A DNA stretch of 64,000 nt from an uncultured cyanobacterium (GTDB taxonomy: Bacteria > Cyanobacteriota > Cyanobacteriia > Cyanobacteriales > Nostocaceae), in the NCBI GenBank assembly GCA_963706595.1, contig OY970166.1:5440001-5504000 (forward strand), given 5' to 3'. The notes under the pieces are model-generated. The model did not search any database, was not told where the DNA came from, and worked only from the letters and a program-made list of their open reading frames with translations. Of this stretch, positions 31,236 through 42,503 are shown one piece after another (the stretch's first letter is position 1; the number at the start of each line of letters is the position of its first letter). Made by a program: the position numbers and the translations under genes.

Positions 31236-31451
31236 ATGGCAACTTTAACTATTCGTTTACCAGACGATAAGCACAACAGATTAAAAGAACTTGCTCAAGC
31301 CAAAGGTATAAGTGTCAATAAGCTAATTGAAGAACTTTCTACTATCGCTCTAGCCGAATTTGATGCCAATACAAGGTTTAAAGCAATGGCCGCAATGGGG
31401 AACCCTGAAGAAGGCTTAAGAATATTAGATAAACTTGACACTCTATTATAG
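31236..31451 (+). CDS. Ribbon-helix-helix antitoxin (HicB/CopG-like)
   Basis: MATLTIRLPDDKHNRLKELAQAKGISVNKLI; follows the PIN remnant. Confidence 0.8.
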   Translation: MATLTIRLPDDKHNRLKELAQAKGISVNKLIEELSTIALAEFDANTRFKAMAAMGNPEEGLRILDKLDTLL

Positions 31452-31457
31452 CGCCAA

Positions 31458-31492
31458 AAATGCCCTGAGATTTTAGTAAATCCAGGGCATTT
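31458..31492. terminator. Hairpin terminator candidate
   Basis: AAATGCCCTG...CAGGGCATTT inverted repeat between convergent genes. Confidence 0.55.
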
Positions 31493-31526
31493 CTAGATAG
31501 ATTCTCAGCTAATTAGCCTTAGATGT

Positions 31527-31688
31527 TGTTTGAAAAGTCTAATTTATTACAGCCCTGGCGACTAGAAGTCGCGGCTATACAAGCTAAACCCGCCTGCGCG
31601 GGTTAAAAACTTTAATTTTTCATTAGTTCGCGGAGGCGGACTTTGCTTGTGTAGTAGCGAATTATATTCGCCCAAAACTTTTCAAACA
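31527..31688. mobile_element. MITE-like element with TGTTTGAAAAGT terminal inverted repeats
   Basis: 12-bp perfect TIRs and internal palindromes. Confidence 0.65.
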
Positions 31689-31693
31689 CTCTC

Positions 31694-33049
31694 TTATCGC
31701 ATAGTTACAAATTCTTCAGCAGAACTAGGATGGATTCCTACTGTGGCATCAAAGTTAGCTTTAGTAGCACCCATTTTAACTGCGATCGCCACTCCTTGTA
31801 TAATCTCAGCAGCGCTGGTTCCTACCATGTGCGCCCCCACTACCTTATCGGTATTTTGATCAACCACTAATTTCATCATGGTTTTTTCATCTTTACCAGC
31901 TAAGGTATAATACATCGGTCGAAAACGACTGCGATAAACTTTCACCGCATCACCATATTGTTCTCTGGCTTCGGCTTCAGTCATACCCACAGTTGCAGCT
32001 TCTGGTGTCGTAAAAATAGCTGTCGGGATATTTTCGTAACTCATGGTGCGAGACTTGTTACCAAATACAGTATCTGCTAACGCCCTACCTTCATTAATCG
32101 CCACCGGAGTTAAATTAATATTATCTGTACAATCTCCCAGTGCATAGATATTTTCTTCACTGGTTTGACTGTATTTATCAACTATAACTGCGCCATTCTT
32201 GTCTAACTGAACTTTAGTATTTTCCAAGCCCAATTTTTGCGTGTTGGGTTTGCGCCCTGTAGCTGCTAAACTGACGGCATCAACAATTACTGTCTCCTCA
32301 GAATCACCATTGTTGCGAACAGTCACCTTTAAGCCTGAGTCAGTCTTCTCTATACCAGTTATTTCGCTATTATTGAGAATTTTGATGCCATGATTACCCA
32401 TTGCTTGCTGAATTTCTGTTTGCAAGTCTTCATCAAAACCACGCAAAATTTTGTCATTGCGAATTATCTGGGTGACATGGCTTCCTAGTCCATTCAGGAT
32501 ACAAGCAAATTCTGAACCAATATAACCTCCCCCCAAAATGACGAGGCGCTGGGGCTGTTCTTTGAGGTGGAAGATATCATCGGAGGTAATCGCATATTCA
32601 ATTCCGGGGATTTCTGGCTTGACAGGATACCCACCCACAGCGATTAAAATCTTGTCTGCGGTAACTTGGCGATCGCCTACTTGAACCGTGTGAGCATCAA
32701 TAAATGTACCATATCCCTCCAAGATTTCAACCTTGGATTTATCCAGCATCCCTTTATAAATGCCATTCAGGCGAATCACTTCATTATTGACCGCCGTAAT
32801 CATTTTTTCCCAATTTAGACTACTCTTGACTGCACTCCAGCCATATCCTTGGGAATCTTCCAACAACTCAGGAAAATGGGAAGCATAAACCATTAACTTT
32901 TTAGGGACACAGCCACGATTTACGCAGGTTCCGCCAAGTCGGTCAAACTCAGCCACCCCTACTTTAGCTCCATATTCCGCAGCCCTTCTAGCGGTTGCAA
33001 TCCCACCAGATCCTGCACCAATTACAAATAAGTCGAAATCGTAACTCAT
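31694..33049 (-). CDS. gor: Glutathione-disulfide reductase
   Basis: GGTCVNRGCVPKK and GIHPSSAEE motifs. Confidence 0.95.
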   Translation of the reverse strand: MSYDFDLFVIGAGSGGIATARRAAEYGAKVGVAEFDRLGGTCVNRGCVPKKLMVYASHFPELLEDSQGYGWSAVKSSLNWEKMITAVNNEVIRLNGIYKGMLDKSKVEILEGYGTFIDAHTVQVGDRQVTADKILIAVGGYPVKPEIPGIEYAITSDDIFHLKEQPQRLVILGGGYIGSEFACILNGLGSHVTQIIRNDKILRGFDEDLQTEIQQAMGNHGIKILNNSEITGIEKTDSGLKVTVRNNGDSEETVIVDAVSLAATGRKPNTQKLGLENTKVQLDKNGAVIVDKYSQTSEENIYALGDCTDNINLTPVAINEGRALADTVFGNKSRTMSYENIPTAIFTTPEAATVGMTEAEAREQYGDAVKVYRSRFRPMYYTLAGKDEKTMMKLVVDQNTDKVVGAHMVGTSAAEIIQGVAIAVKMGATKANFDATVGIHPSSAEEFVTMR

Positions 33050-33162
33050 GTGTTGTGTCCCTCAATTTTTAAATTTTCAATATGGGGACTGGCCAATGGG
33101 GACTGGGGATGAGTTTTCATCATCCCCCATATCCAACGATCAATGCTCAGTCCCTTCAAATA

Positions 33163-33711
33163 TTACACAGCAGCAGGAGTTTTAGCTTGTTTTAGGTAAT
33201 TAAGCATGGTGTCTGCATCCGAAACTTCAAATGGATCGGTGGGACAGTTATCTTCATAACCAGCTTCAATGAAAATCTTTTCAATTTTGCCGTCATTCAC
33301 GACCATTGAGTAACGCCAAGAGCGCAGACCAAAGCCCAGGTTAGATTTATCAACTAACATTCCCATCTTGCGGGTAAATTCACCGTTACCATCAGGGAGC
33401 AGCTTAACATTTGTAGCGCCTTGTTGCTTGCCCCACTGGAACATGACAAAGGCATCATTCACAGATACACAAACTACATCATCAACTCCCAAGGCTTTGA
33501 ATTGGTCGTAGAGTTCTTCGTAGCGAGGAAGGTGGGATGTGGAACAAGTGGGGGTAAAAGCTCCTGGTAGTGAAAATACTACTACACGCTTACCTGCGAA
33601 AACATCTTGTGTGGTGCGGTCTTCCCAACGGAAGGGGTTAGGACCACCAATGGACTCGTCGCGCACGCGGGTTTTGAATACAACGTTGGGAACTTTTTCG
33701 ATAACAGCCAT
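33163..33711 (-). CDS. Type II peroxiredoxin
   Basis: [11 protein letters not shown]...HLP and SWRYSM motifs. Confidence 0.93.
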   Translation of the reverse strand: MAVIEKVPNVVFKTRVRDESIGGPNPFRWEDRTTQDVFAGKRVVVFSLPGAFTPTCSTSHLPRYEELYDQFKALGVDDVVCVSVNDAFVMFQWGKQQGATNVKLLPDGNGEFTRKMGMLVDKSNLGFGLRSWRYSMVVNDGKIEKIFIEAGYEDNCPTDPFEVSDADTMLNYLKQAKTPAAV

Positions 33712-33766
33712 ATTAATCTTGTGGTCAGTGTAGTTTTAATTTGTGATTGCATTATGCTTTCTCATC

Positions 33767-33781
33767 TCAGAATAATTCTGA
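33767..33781. promoter_or_regulatory. Candidate PerR/Fur operator TCAGAAT-A-ATTCTGA (perfect 7-1-7)
   Basis: Palindrome in the divergent prx/perR spacer. Confidence 0.6.
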
Positions 33782-33903
33782 TTTGCGAAAAGTTCAATAG
33801 TTATAAATACTTAATTTCTGGATTTGTTCAGATATGATACGAATTTATTAATGGCATAGATTAGAATAGGGGAATCCTTAAAATTAAAAATGTAGCAGCA
33901 GAT

Positions 33904-34329
33904 ATGCAGCAAGAGGCACACACAATTATTCAAACCTTAAAATCTAAGGGTTTGAGGGTGACTCCTCAGAGGTTCGCAGTTTATGCAAATTTGTTATCTC
34001 GGTGTGATCACCCCACAGTTGAAACCATCCTGGCGGATCTCAATAAGGATTTCCCAGTGTCGTCTCAGGCGACTATTTACAGTTCTCTACAAGCTCTGAG
34101 AGAAGTGGGTCTTGTGCAGGAGGTTTTACTGGAAGAAGGGGTTTGTCGCTATGATGCGAATGTGGAACCTCATCACCATTTTTGTTGTCGCCGATGTGGT
34201 GCAATTGAAGATATTGCCTGGGAAACTTTCCAGTGTGTAGATATGAAGAGTTTACGCCCTGGTATGCGTGGCGAAAGTTATGAAGTGACTGTTCGGGGTT
34301 GGTGCGATAGTTGTGAAATAACTACTTAA
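33904..34329 (+). CDS. perR: Fur-family peroxide regulator
   Basis: LRVTPQR, HPTVE, HHHFCCRRCG and GWCDSC motifs; divergent from prx. Confidence 0.85.
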   Translation: MQQEAHTIIQTLKSKGLRVTPQRFAVYANLLSRCDHPTVETILADLNKDFPVSSQATIYSSLQALREVGLVQEVLLEEGVCRYDANVEPHHHFCCRRCGAIEDIAWETFQCVDMKSLRPGMRGESYEVTVRGWCDSCEITT

Positions 34330-36580
34330 GTATTTCTTGTAAAGACAGTAGTAATTCATTTATGGTATAGGGTTTGGGCAAAAATGTTTGTGTACCAGTG
34401 TCAATCACTTCTGCTAACTTAGTTTTGGACATGAAACCACTGGTAGCAATAATTTTGACCTGGGGGTTAATTTTTTGCAAAGTCCGAATGGCTGTGACTC
34501 CATCTAAGGAAGGTAACATCATATCCATGAGTACAGCGCTAATTTTTTCTGCATATTTAGCATATAGTGCGATCGCCTCAATGCCGTCACTAGCAATTAA
34601 AGTCTGATATTGGTGACTTTCGAGCGAATTTCTGGTGACATCCTGTATCGAAGGTTCATCATCTACAATCAGAATTAATTCCCCATGTCCTGCGGGTATG
34701 GCGATATCTTCAACAGCGAGGGTTTCTGTTCCCCCCACAGCAGGTAAGTACACCTTAAAGCTAGTACCATGCCCTACCTCGCTATAGACATTGATAAAAC
34801 CACCGTGACTTTTAACAATTCCAATCACAGTAGAAAGTCCTAAACCTGTACCTTGTCCCACTGGTTTAGTAGTAAAAAATGGCTCGAAAATTCTATCTAA
34901 AGTTTCCTGGGGTATACCAATTCCTGTATCAGTAACCGTAATTACCACATATAATCCAGCTTCCGCTTCCAAATTCATCCGTGCATAATTTTCATCAACC
35001 ACGAAATTCTCAGCAGATATACTTAAAGTACCCCGATTAGGCATAGCATCGCGGGCGTTGACACAAAGATTCATCACTACCTGATGGAGTTGGGTACTAT
35101 CTCCAGAAACCAGCCACAAGTCGTTAGGAATATCAGTCTGAATTTCGATGCTTCTGGGGAATGTTTCTTTGAGAATTTTGGCAATTTCCACAATCAAATG
35201 CCTAATCTGCAAAGTAATGCGCTTCCCTTCTACACCCCTGGCAAAAGATAGCACCTGCTTCACTAAATCTGCTCCCCGTTTGGCGTTGATTTCCAAAATT
35301 TCCAACAACCGCATAGTCCGTTCATCAGCATCGGGGAATTTCATCGGTAGCAATTGCGCCCCTGCCAAAATTGGTGTTAAAATATTATTCAGATCGTGAG
35401 CAATACCACTAGCTAGTGTACCGATACTTTCCAGACGTTGGGCGCGAAATAATTGTGATTCTAAACGCTTCTTCTCAGTAATATCCGTATCTACAATCAG
35501 AATTGATTTAGGCATTCCCTGTGCGTCGCGTACCAAACTCCAACGACTAGCTACCAGGAGTTCTTTACCAGTTTTAGTGATTTGAGTTAACTCGCCTTGC
35601 CACTTACCTTTAGTCATGACAGACAATAAAGCCTCATGGTTTTCCTGAGCCGCTTCATTATCCAAAAGCTCACTAGCATTTCTGCCTATAGCCTCTTGAA
35701 CTGTCCAACCATAGAGAGTTTCTGCACCTTTATTCCAAAACAGAATCTGATTTTCTAAATCACTCACACAAATTGCATCAGTGGTGATGTCTAGTAAAGC
35801 CGCTTGTTCACGAATTTTGGCTTCGGAAAGCTTGCGTTCGCTGATGTCAATCCCCGCACAAGTTATACCGACAATTTCCTGCGACTCATTTCGCAATGGT
35901 TCCACAGTCAAGTCGTAATATCGAGTCCCTTGGGGGGTAGTGATAGATACTTCATCTCGCATCCCGATGCCGTTTGTCAGTACACTATGTTTAATCGCCG
36001 TCAAACGTTGAGCATCTTTGTCTGGAATCAAATCACAGTCATGTTTACCCAACATATCCTGACTCGTCCATCCAGACATCGGGTTATAAACCCAGGTGTA
36101 AGATAAATTTATGTCTTGGTTAAAAACAAAGATGGGGGAATTTTTTAAAGCTACCCGAAAGCGTTCTTCACTCTGGCGCAACGCATTTTCCGAACGTTGA
36201 CGCTCAATAGCATAACGCATAGAACGCACCAGCAAATCGCCAGTCACTTGACCCTTGACTAAATAATCTTGTGCGCCTGACTGCATCGCTCTTAGTGCCA
36301 GGGTTTCATCATCTAAACCCGTCAACACAATAATCGGAGTGGCTTTGGCATGATGAGCCATGCGGATAAAGGTGTCTAGTCCCTGGCTATCAGGTAATGA
36401 AAGGTCTAAGAGGATGACATCGAAGTTTTCTCTAGCTATACAGTCGAGTGCGTCAAAGAGTTGCTCAAAAGGTTGCAACTCGACGTTAGCTGTAGTTACT
36501 TCCTGTAATAACTCTTGTAGTAAAAAAACATCACCAGGGTTATCTTCGACTAACAAGACTTTAAGAGATTTTCCTGCCAT
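34322..36580 (-). CDS. Hybrid histidine kinase (REC-PAS-PAS-HisKA-HATPase-REC)
   Basis: [17 protein letters not shown] and GTGLGLS motifs, C-terminal receiver. Confidence 0.92.
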   Translation of the reverse strand: MAGKSLKVLLVEDNPGDVFLLQELLQEVTTANVELQPFEQLFDALDCIARENFDVILLDLSLPDSQGLDTFIRMAHHAKATPIIVLTGLDDETLALRAMQSGAQDYLVKGQVTGDLLVRSMRYAIERQRSENALRQSEERFRVALKNSPIFVFNQDINLSYTWVYNPMSGWTSQDMLGKHDCDLIPDKDAQRLTAIKHSVLTNGIGMRDEVSITTPQGTRYYDLTVEPLRNESQEIVGITCAGIDISERKLSEAKIREQAALLDITTDAICVSDLENQILFWNKGAETLYGWTVQEAIGRNASELLDNEAAQENHEALLSVMTKGKWQGELTQITKTGKELLVASRWSLVRDAQGMPKSILIVDTDITEKKRLESQLFRAQRLESIGTLASGIAHDLNNILTPILAGAQLLPMKFPDADERTMRLLEILEINAKRGADLVKQVLSFARGVEGKRITLQIRHLIVEIAKILKETFPRSIEIQTDIPNDLWLVSGDSTQLHQVVMNLCVNARDAMPNRGTLSISAENFVVDENYARMNLEAEAGLYVVITVTDTGIGIPQETLDRIFEPFFTTKPVGQGTGLGLSTVIGIVKSHGGFINVYSEVGHGTSFKVYLPAVGGTETLAVEDIAIPAGHGELILIVDDEPSIQDVTRNSLESHQYQTLIASDGIEAIALYAKYAEKISAVLMDMMLPSLDGVTAIRTLQKINPQVKIIATSGFMSKTKLAEVIDTGTQTFLPKPYTINELLLSLQEILK

Positions 36581-36588
36581 TGATTATT

Positions 36589-37035
36589 TCACTCCGGTGG
36601 CAGTTTGACAATTGCAAACCAGAAATTTTCTATAGACTGTACAATTTTAACGAATTGGTCAAAATCAACCGGCTTAGTGATAAAACAATTAGCCGAGAGA
36701 TTATAAGCTTTGAGAATATCTTCCTCGGATTGAGAAGTTGTCAACACAACTACAGGAATTCGCCTGAAATTTTGATCGGCTTTGATTTCTGCTAGTACTT
36801 CCCGCCCGTCCTTTCTGGGTAAGTTTAAATCGAGCAGGACAATATCTGGATGAGGTGCATTAGCATAGTTTCCCTGCTTTCGCAAAAATTCCATTGCCTC
36901 TACACCATCTTCCACCACATTCAGGTTAACTGATATTTTGCTATCTTCGAGGGCGATCCTGGTTAGTTGAGCATCGCCGGGATTGTCTTCTACTAACAAA
37001 ACCTCTATGGGCATAATCGTTGTTTTATGATTCAC
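36589..37035 (-). CDS. Single-domain response regulator (Rcp1-like)
   Basis: [20 protein letters not shown] and IENFW motifs. Confidence 0.9.
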   Translation of the reverse strand: MNHKTTIMPIEVLLVEDNPGDAQLTRIALEDSKISVNLNVVEDGVEAMEFLRKQGNYANAPHPDIVLLDLNLPRKDGREVLAEIKADQNFRRIPVVVLTTSQSEEDILKAYNLSANCFITKPVDFDQFVKIVQSIENFWFAIVKLPPE

Positions 37036-39737
37036 GATTTTTTACCTGCCTTTTCTGGAATTGTGAAGTAGAAAGTCGAGCCTTGACCCGGTTTCGACTC
37101 AACCCAGATCCGGCCGCCGTGGCGTTCTATAATCTTTTTACAAATTGCCAACCCAATTCCAGTTCCTGGGTATTTACTTCTACCGTGCAAGCGTTGAAAA
37201 ATTACAAAAATGCGTTCAGCATATTGGGGTTCTATGCCAATTCCATTATCGCTGACGGAGAATAGCCATTCATTTGGGGGAGTGGGGAGTGGGGAGTGGG
37301 GAGTTACTTCGACTTCGCTCAGTAACCGGGGGAGTGGGGAATGGGGAGTGGGGAGTGGGGAGTGGGGAGTGGGGAGTGGGGAATGGGGAATGGGGAGTGG
37401 GGAGTGGGGAATGGGGAGTGGGGAGTGGGGAGTCGGGATTTGTTCTTGTGTTGGTTCTGCTTTCGCTGCTCCCAGATGAATTTTTATTGGTGATTCTCCT
37501 CGGAATTTGATGGCGTTAGCAATTAAGTTTTGTAACACTTGGGTGAGTTGGCTAGGATCAGCCATGACTATCGGTAAAGGATCATGGGTAATGATTGCGC
37601 CACTTTCTTCTATGGTAAATTTGAGATTGGCGATCGCCCGTTCAAAAATTGTCTGAAAATCAACTTCGACAATCGGCTGTCCCCGGCTGGTAACACGAGA
37701 ATAGTTCAACAAATCATTAATTAGGCTTTGCATCCGCCGCGCCCCATCGACAGCGTAGGTGATAAACTGTTCGGCATTAGCATCTAATTCATGTTTATAT
37801 TTGCGTTCTAACAGTTGTAAATAACTTGTCACCATCCGCAACGGCTCTTGTAAATCATGGGAAGCTACATAAGCAAATTGTTCTAATTCAGCATTAGAGC
37901 GAGCTAATTCCTGAGTATGGCGGGTTTCTTGTTCTAATAACTTGGCTTGAGCGATCGCAATGCCAATTTGGTTAGCTATCTGTTGTAACAAATCTAACTC
38001 AAAGCTGTTCCACTGGCGAGGTGTTGCACACTGATGAGCAATCAACAAACCCCAAAGATTTCCTCTGACCAGAATCGGGACTACAAGGTTAGCTTTTACA
38101 CCTAAACTTTGCAGAAATTCCCGATAGCAGTCTTTAATATCAGCTTGTTCAACGTCTACAATTGCAGCAACTCTTCCTAGACGATATTTTTCCACATAGC
38201 CTTGTTCCTTAAAACAGGGGTCGAGGATGTCTTCTCCTAGAACCACAGGCCAACCAGGTAGTACAGCTTCTTGTACCACCGTTCCCGAACCATCAGCCCA
38301 AACTTGAAACATCACAACTCGGTCAGCTTGGAGGAGTTTTTGGACTTCTTTGACGGTAGTTTGCAGAATTTCCTCTAGTTGTAGACTTTCTCTAATTTTC
38401 AGGGTGATTTCTGCGAAAAGTTGGGAGCGCAAATTCTGCCGTTTTAATTCCTCTTCAGCTTGTTTGCGTTCAGCAATATCAGTATGGGAACCTAGCATCC
38501 GCACCACATCACCAGCTTCATTCCAAAGTGCTTGTCCGCGATCTAGAATCCATTTATAACTACCGTCTTTACATAAAAGTCGATGTTCAGTCACATAAAA
38601 CGGTGTTTTCTTGGTAAAATGATTCTCAAAGGCTTGCAAAACACGCTCTAAATCATCAGGATGGACTCGTTTTTCCCATTCATCCCAATGATTAGCAATT
38701 TCCTGGTCTGCATATCCCAGCATTTCCTTCCAGCGAGTGGAGTAAAACACCTCATTGGTTTTGACATTCCAATCCCAAATACCATCATTATTACCTTGTA
38801 ACGCTAATTGCCAACGTTCTTCGCTTTGTCGCAGGGCTGCGGCTATTTGCTGCTTTTCGGTAATATCTTGAAAATACACAGACAAGCCATTGCGCGAGGG
38901 ATAGGCGTGAACGCTAAACCAACCGTTCAGGGGTGGATAGAACTCTTCAAATTCCACACTAACTTGTTGCGCGATCGCCGGAGGCGGGGCTTTGCCCATC
39001 GCTCTGTGATACTCACCATAAAATTTTGTCTCTACCAGTGCTGGGAAAACTTCCCAGATATTTTTACCCAATAGCTGATTTTTGCTTTTTTGTAACAGTC
39101 CTTCTGCTTGACTATTAATATATGTAAATCGCCAATCTTGATCTAGGGCAAAAAAGGCATCAGTGATACTTTCGAGTATATTGGTAATCTGGGTTTTCGC
39201 AGCTTGCTCATGAGTGATCAACTCATCACTAATCAGAGACACTTCCGATACATTACGTCTGAGTTCCAGTTGGTTAATTACCAAGCGACTCAAAGCCACC
39301 AGTGCTTCTACTTGTTGTTGGCTGAGTTGCCGTGGTACTTTGTCAATTACACACAGAGTTCCCAGCATATAGCCCTTCGGTGTAATCAAGGGGACACCAG
39401 CATAAAACCTCACATAGGGATAATCAGTCACCACCGGATTAGTTGCTAACTTGGCATCAGCTAAAGCATCTGGTACTACAACAACATCCCGGATTTCTTG
39501 GCAAAGATAAGATAACCCGACATTACGGGGCATTTCCGGCACATCCAAACCTAGTTTAGCTTTAAACCACTGACGATCTTCATCAATAAAATTGACTAAA
39601 GCAATGGGTGTACCGCAGATAAAAGCAGCTAATTGAGCCAAATCATCATAAGCTTCTTCCGGTTCCGTGTCCAAAATCTGATACTGGCGGAGAACTTCCA
39701 GCCTCACCGCTTCATAATTATTCGATTCAGCATTCAT
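37032..39737 (-). CDS. GAF-PAS-PAS-GAF histidine kinase; second GAF is a DXCF cyanobacteriochrome
   Basis: [11 protein letters not shown]-box; GAF2 contains DPCF and DCY; STRR insertion in the HATPase domain. Confidence 0.85.
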   Translation of the reverse strand: MNAESNNYEAVRLEVLRQYQILDTEPEEAYDDLAQLAAFICGTPIALVNFIDEDRQWFKAKLGLDVPEMPRNVGLSYLCQEIRDVVVVPDALADAKLATNPVVTDYPYVRFYAGVPLITPKGYMLGTLCVIDKVPRQLSQQQVEALVALSRLVINQLELRRNVSEVSLISDELITHEQAAKTQITNILESITDAFFALDQDWRFTYINSQAEGLLQKSKNQLLGKNIWEVFPALVETKFYGEYHRAMGKAPPPAIAQQVSVEFEEFYPPLNGWFSVHAYPSRNGLSVYFQDITEKQQIAAALRQSEERWQLALQGNNDGIWDWNVKTNEVFYSTRWKEMLGYADQEIANHWDEWEKRVHPDDLERVLQAFENHFTKKTPFYVTEHRLLCKDGSYKWILDRGQALWNEAGDVVRMLGSHTDIAERKQAEEELKRQNLRSQLFAEITLKIRESLQLEEILQTTVKEVQKLLQADRVVMFQVWADGSGTVVQEAVLPGWPVVLGEDILDPCFKEQGYVEKYRLGRVAAIVDVEQADIKDCYREFLQSLGVKANLVVPILVRGNLWGLLIAHQCATPRQWNSFELDLLQQIANQIGIAIAQAKLLEQETRHTQELARSNAELEQFAYVASHDLQEPLRMVTSYLQLLERKYKHELDANAEQFITYAVDGARRMQSLINDLLNYSRVTSRGQPIVEVDFQTIFERAIANLKFTIEESGAIITHDPLPIVMADPSQLTQVLQNLIANAIKFRGESPIKIHLGAAKAEPTQEQIPTPHSPLPIPHSPLPIPHSPLPTPHSPLPTPHSPLPRLLSEVEVTPHSPLPTPPNEWLFSVSDNGIGIEPQYAERIFVIFQRLHGRSKYPGTGIGLAICKKIIERHGGRIWVESKPGQGSTFYFTIPEKAGKKS
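37276..37433. repeat. GGGGART heptamer array inside the kinase CDS, with an embedded 24-bp palindromic element
   Basis: About 19 heptamers; GTTACT-TCGACTTCGCTC-AGTAAC at 37303-37326. Confidence 0.9.
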
Positions 39738-39947
39738 CGGGTTTTATAAATAAATTTAAAAAATTTAGGGGATAGTTCTAGTGTAACCAAGTGATGTGAT
39801 TAACCGTTGTTTGCCGGTGCGCTCAATGCAACAGGAGCAACATCACCGTAGTGAATGTTACGCCCTGGGTAAGATACAAATCACGACAATATATATAAGG
39901 CTAGGATATGTGCTTTATATAATTTTTGTCTAATTTACTTAGTGCTT

Positions 39948-40976
39948 GTGATTGATCAACACGCTGAAAAACTGCTCAAAATTACACAAGAAAAAGCATC
40001 AGGTGAAGGTTATAGATTTAGCTGGTTTGACTGGTTTTGTCTGTGCTATCCTCCTGGCTGGCTGGTGTTATTTAACCGCCACTGGCAGCACTATCACCTT
40101 GACCCCGATGGTTGGAATTGGGTAGAATATGGATTATTTTTAGTTCCCGGTGGATTTTACTTGGCACTACTAATGCGATGGTTGCGTCTGGGATGTCGTT
40201 CACCAAGACAAGAAGTTGATGAATATAATCCTCAGTATCAGAAAGTGTTTCGGGAAGAAATTTTAGCTCCCATAGTTAAATATTATTTTCGGGCAGAATT
40301 GCAACAAATTGACAACTTACCGTCACAAACGCCTGTAATTGTAGCGATGAATCATGCAGGGATGTGTTTTCCTTGGGATTTTATCACCTTGGGTTATTTA
40401 TTAAGTAAAACCCAAGGATGGGAAGTGCAACCCCTAGCCAGTGAAACACTATTTGAGCATCCTTGGATGAGTTGGTGGTTACCACCTAAATGGTCCCAGG
40501 TGTTAGGCGCTGTGAGAGCGGACAGAGGTGATTTTGAAAAAGCCATTGCTCAAGGTAAAACACTGCTGTACGCACCAGAAGGAGTACGTGGACCGCTTAA
40601 AGGCTGGAGTCAACGCTATCAACTGCAAAAATTTGATGTGAGTTTTATGCAACTGAGCGATCGCTATCATATTCCCATTCTCCCAGTTGCGTGCATTGGT
40701 AGCGAATCTTTACATCCTGGGACAGTAAACCTCAAGAAATTGCAAAAACTATTTAAATTACCCTTCCTACCCATATCACCATTAATAATTATGTTGATCA
40801 TATTTCCCTCAATGGGAATTTGGGCAATGAGAACCCGCCTCAAATACTTTATCCAACCTGTACAAAAACTCAACTCAATCCAAACACGTGCAGCCACCTA
40901 TAAACAAGCACAGAAACTGCGAGAAACACTACAGATTCAAATTATCGCCTTGCTACAGCTATTTTCAGGTAAATAG
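39948..40976 (+). CDS. Lysophospholipid/glycerol acyltransferase family protein
   Basis: MNHAGMCFPWD (HxxxxxxD-type) and YAPEG motifs; start uncertain (39942 or 39948). Confidence 0.75.
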   Translation: MIDQHAEKLLKITQEKASGEGYRFSWFDWFCLCYPPGWLVLFNRHWQHYHLDPDGWNWVEYGLFLVPGGFYLALLMRWLRLGCRSPRQEVDEYNPQYQKVFREEILAPIVKYYFRAELQQIDNLPSQTPVIVAMNHAGMCFPWDFITLGYLLSKTQGWEVQPLASETLFEHPWMSWWLPPKWSQVLGAVRADRGDFEKAIAQGKTLLYAPEGVRGPLKGWSQRYQLQKFDVSFMQLSDRYHIPILPVACIGSESLHPGTVNLKKLQKLFKLPFLPISPLIIMLIIFPSMGIWAMRTRLKYFIQPVQKLNSIQTRAATYKQAQKLRETLQIQIIALLQLFSGK

Positions 40977-41193
40977 ACCACAAACCGACCTCTCTCCAAA
41001 CCTCTCTCCTGCAAGGAGAGAGGCTTTGATTGACCCCCCTTCCCTTGTAGGGAAGGGGCTGGGGGTTAGGTCTAATAATTGTGCTTCAAATACATAAAAA
41101 CTGCTGTAAATCAAGATTTATCCCCCGCAGAGTCCCAGACTCCCAGAGAAAAAGAGTAAGAAAAACTCTGCGTACCTTAGCGTACCTCTGCGT

Positions 41194-41889
41194 TTAATCC
41201 ATAGAAGAACTGCCAAAACGGTAGCCTTTGCCGTAAACAGTATGAATTAGTGGCATCTCTTTGCCCACCTCAATCTTACGCCGCAGCAAGCGAATTAATG
41301 CAGCTATGACATTACTATTCGGTTGTTCCTTATCTTGCAACCAAAGATTTTGGAGAATTTGGGCATGAGTGAGTAAATGTCCCGTATTTTCCATAAAATA
41401 TTGGAGAAGCTGACTTTCTTTTTGAGATAACTCAATAATCCGTCCTTGACGATAGGCTACTTGGTTTTCACTATCAAGTTCTAAATCAGCCACTGACAGC
41501 CGTCCAGTTGTAGTTTCATAGCTAGGGGAACCAGCACGACGTAACAAAGCACGAACTCGCGCTAATAACTCCCGCAGTTCAAAGGGTTTGACTAAATAAT
41601 CATCAGCACCCGCGTCTAAACCTTCTACGCGGTCATCGAGAGTATCTTTGGCTGTGAGAAATAGTACAGGAGTGGCTTTACCTTGGCGGCGCAACTCCTG
41701 ACAAATCTCTAAACCAGTTTTTCCTGGTAACATCCAATCTAAAATCAGTAAATCATAAGTACCCACTGCGGCCAAGTCGCTACCAGTTGCGCCATCATAA
41801 GCCATATCCACACTATAACCCTCACGCGTTAACACGCGACTTAGGGGGTCAGTTAGTTCTACTTCGTCATCAACTAATAAAATTCTCAT
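41194..41889 (-). CDS. OmpR-family response regulator (RppA-like)
   Basis: LLVDDE, GADDYLVKPF and IHTVYGKGY motifs. Confidence 0.88.
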   Translation of the reverse strand: MRILLVDDEVELTDPLSRVLTREGYSVDMAYDGATGSDLAAVGTYDLLILDWMLPGKTGLEICQELRRQGKATPVLFLTAKDTLDDRVEGLDAGADDYLVKPFELRELLARVRALLRRAGSPSYETTTGRLSVADLELDSENQVAYRQGRIIELSQKESQLLQYFMENTGHLLTHAQILQNLWLQDKEQPNSNVIAALIRLLRRKIEVGKEMPLIHTVYGKGYRFGSSSMD

Positions 41890-42016
41890 GCTGCTTGTGG
41901 TAAGCAATCAAACCGCTACCCAGAGTCATTATTCCTTAGTTAAGCATACTCACGAGGGATATGATTGAACAGAGTGCTTAATTTTTAGCGCTCTTTTATG
42001 ACTCTGAAAAAATAAC

Positions 42017-42363
42017 AGGACTTACGCAACAATTGCCAAAAATCTTGATTTATCGAACCGCCAAGTCGCCAAGAACGCCAAGAAAAGGTAGATTATGCGT
42101 AAGTCCTAAATAAAATAGTCGTAGTGGCGTGACAAGGCTAAAATGTTGCAATAGATTTTTGAGAAAATTGGGATAAATCAATGTTTTCTGCTTTTTTCCT
42201 AATGCACTATTTTAAGCTTGTCACACCAGTAGTGCCGTGGCAAGCTTAAAATAGTGCATTATGTTTCTCTTGTGGAACAGGCATCTTGCCTGTTCTGGGC
42301 GGGCTAGAAGCCCACCCCACAATATTTATGCTGATGCAACATTTTAGCCTTGCCACGCCAGTA
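42017..42363. repeat. Three adjacent TIR-bounded dispersed elements (AGGACTTACGCA family; two TAGTG.CGTG.CAAG family)
   Basis: TIR pairs at 42017/42107, ~42122/42231 and ~42230/42363. Confidence 0.7.
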
Positions 42364-42503
42364 GTTTGCCGAAGGCGTAACCCAACACCAACAATTTTTA
42401 GTTTTGTTTGGTTTCCCAAAGCCTCAACCCAACCTCAGCCTAAATTCACTAATGACTACTTAATCGAGATATTCTGCTATATGAATCAACTGCCAAAAAG
42501 AAA

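Noticed and set aside
37210..37510. Plus-strand GSGEWGV-repeat ORFs
   Set aside because: Antisense translations of the STRR array within the kinase
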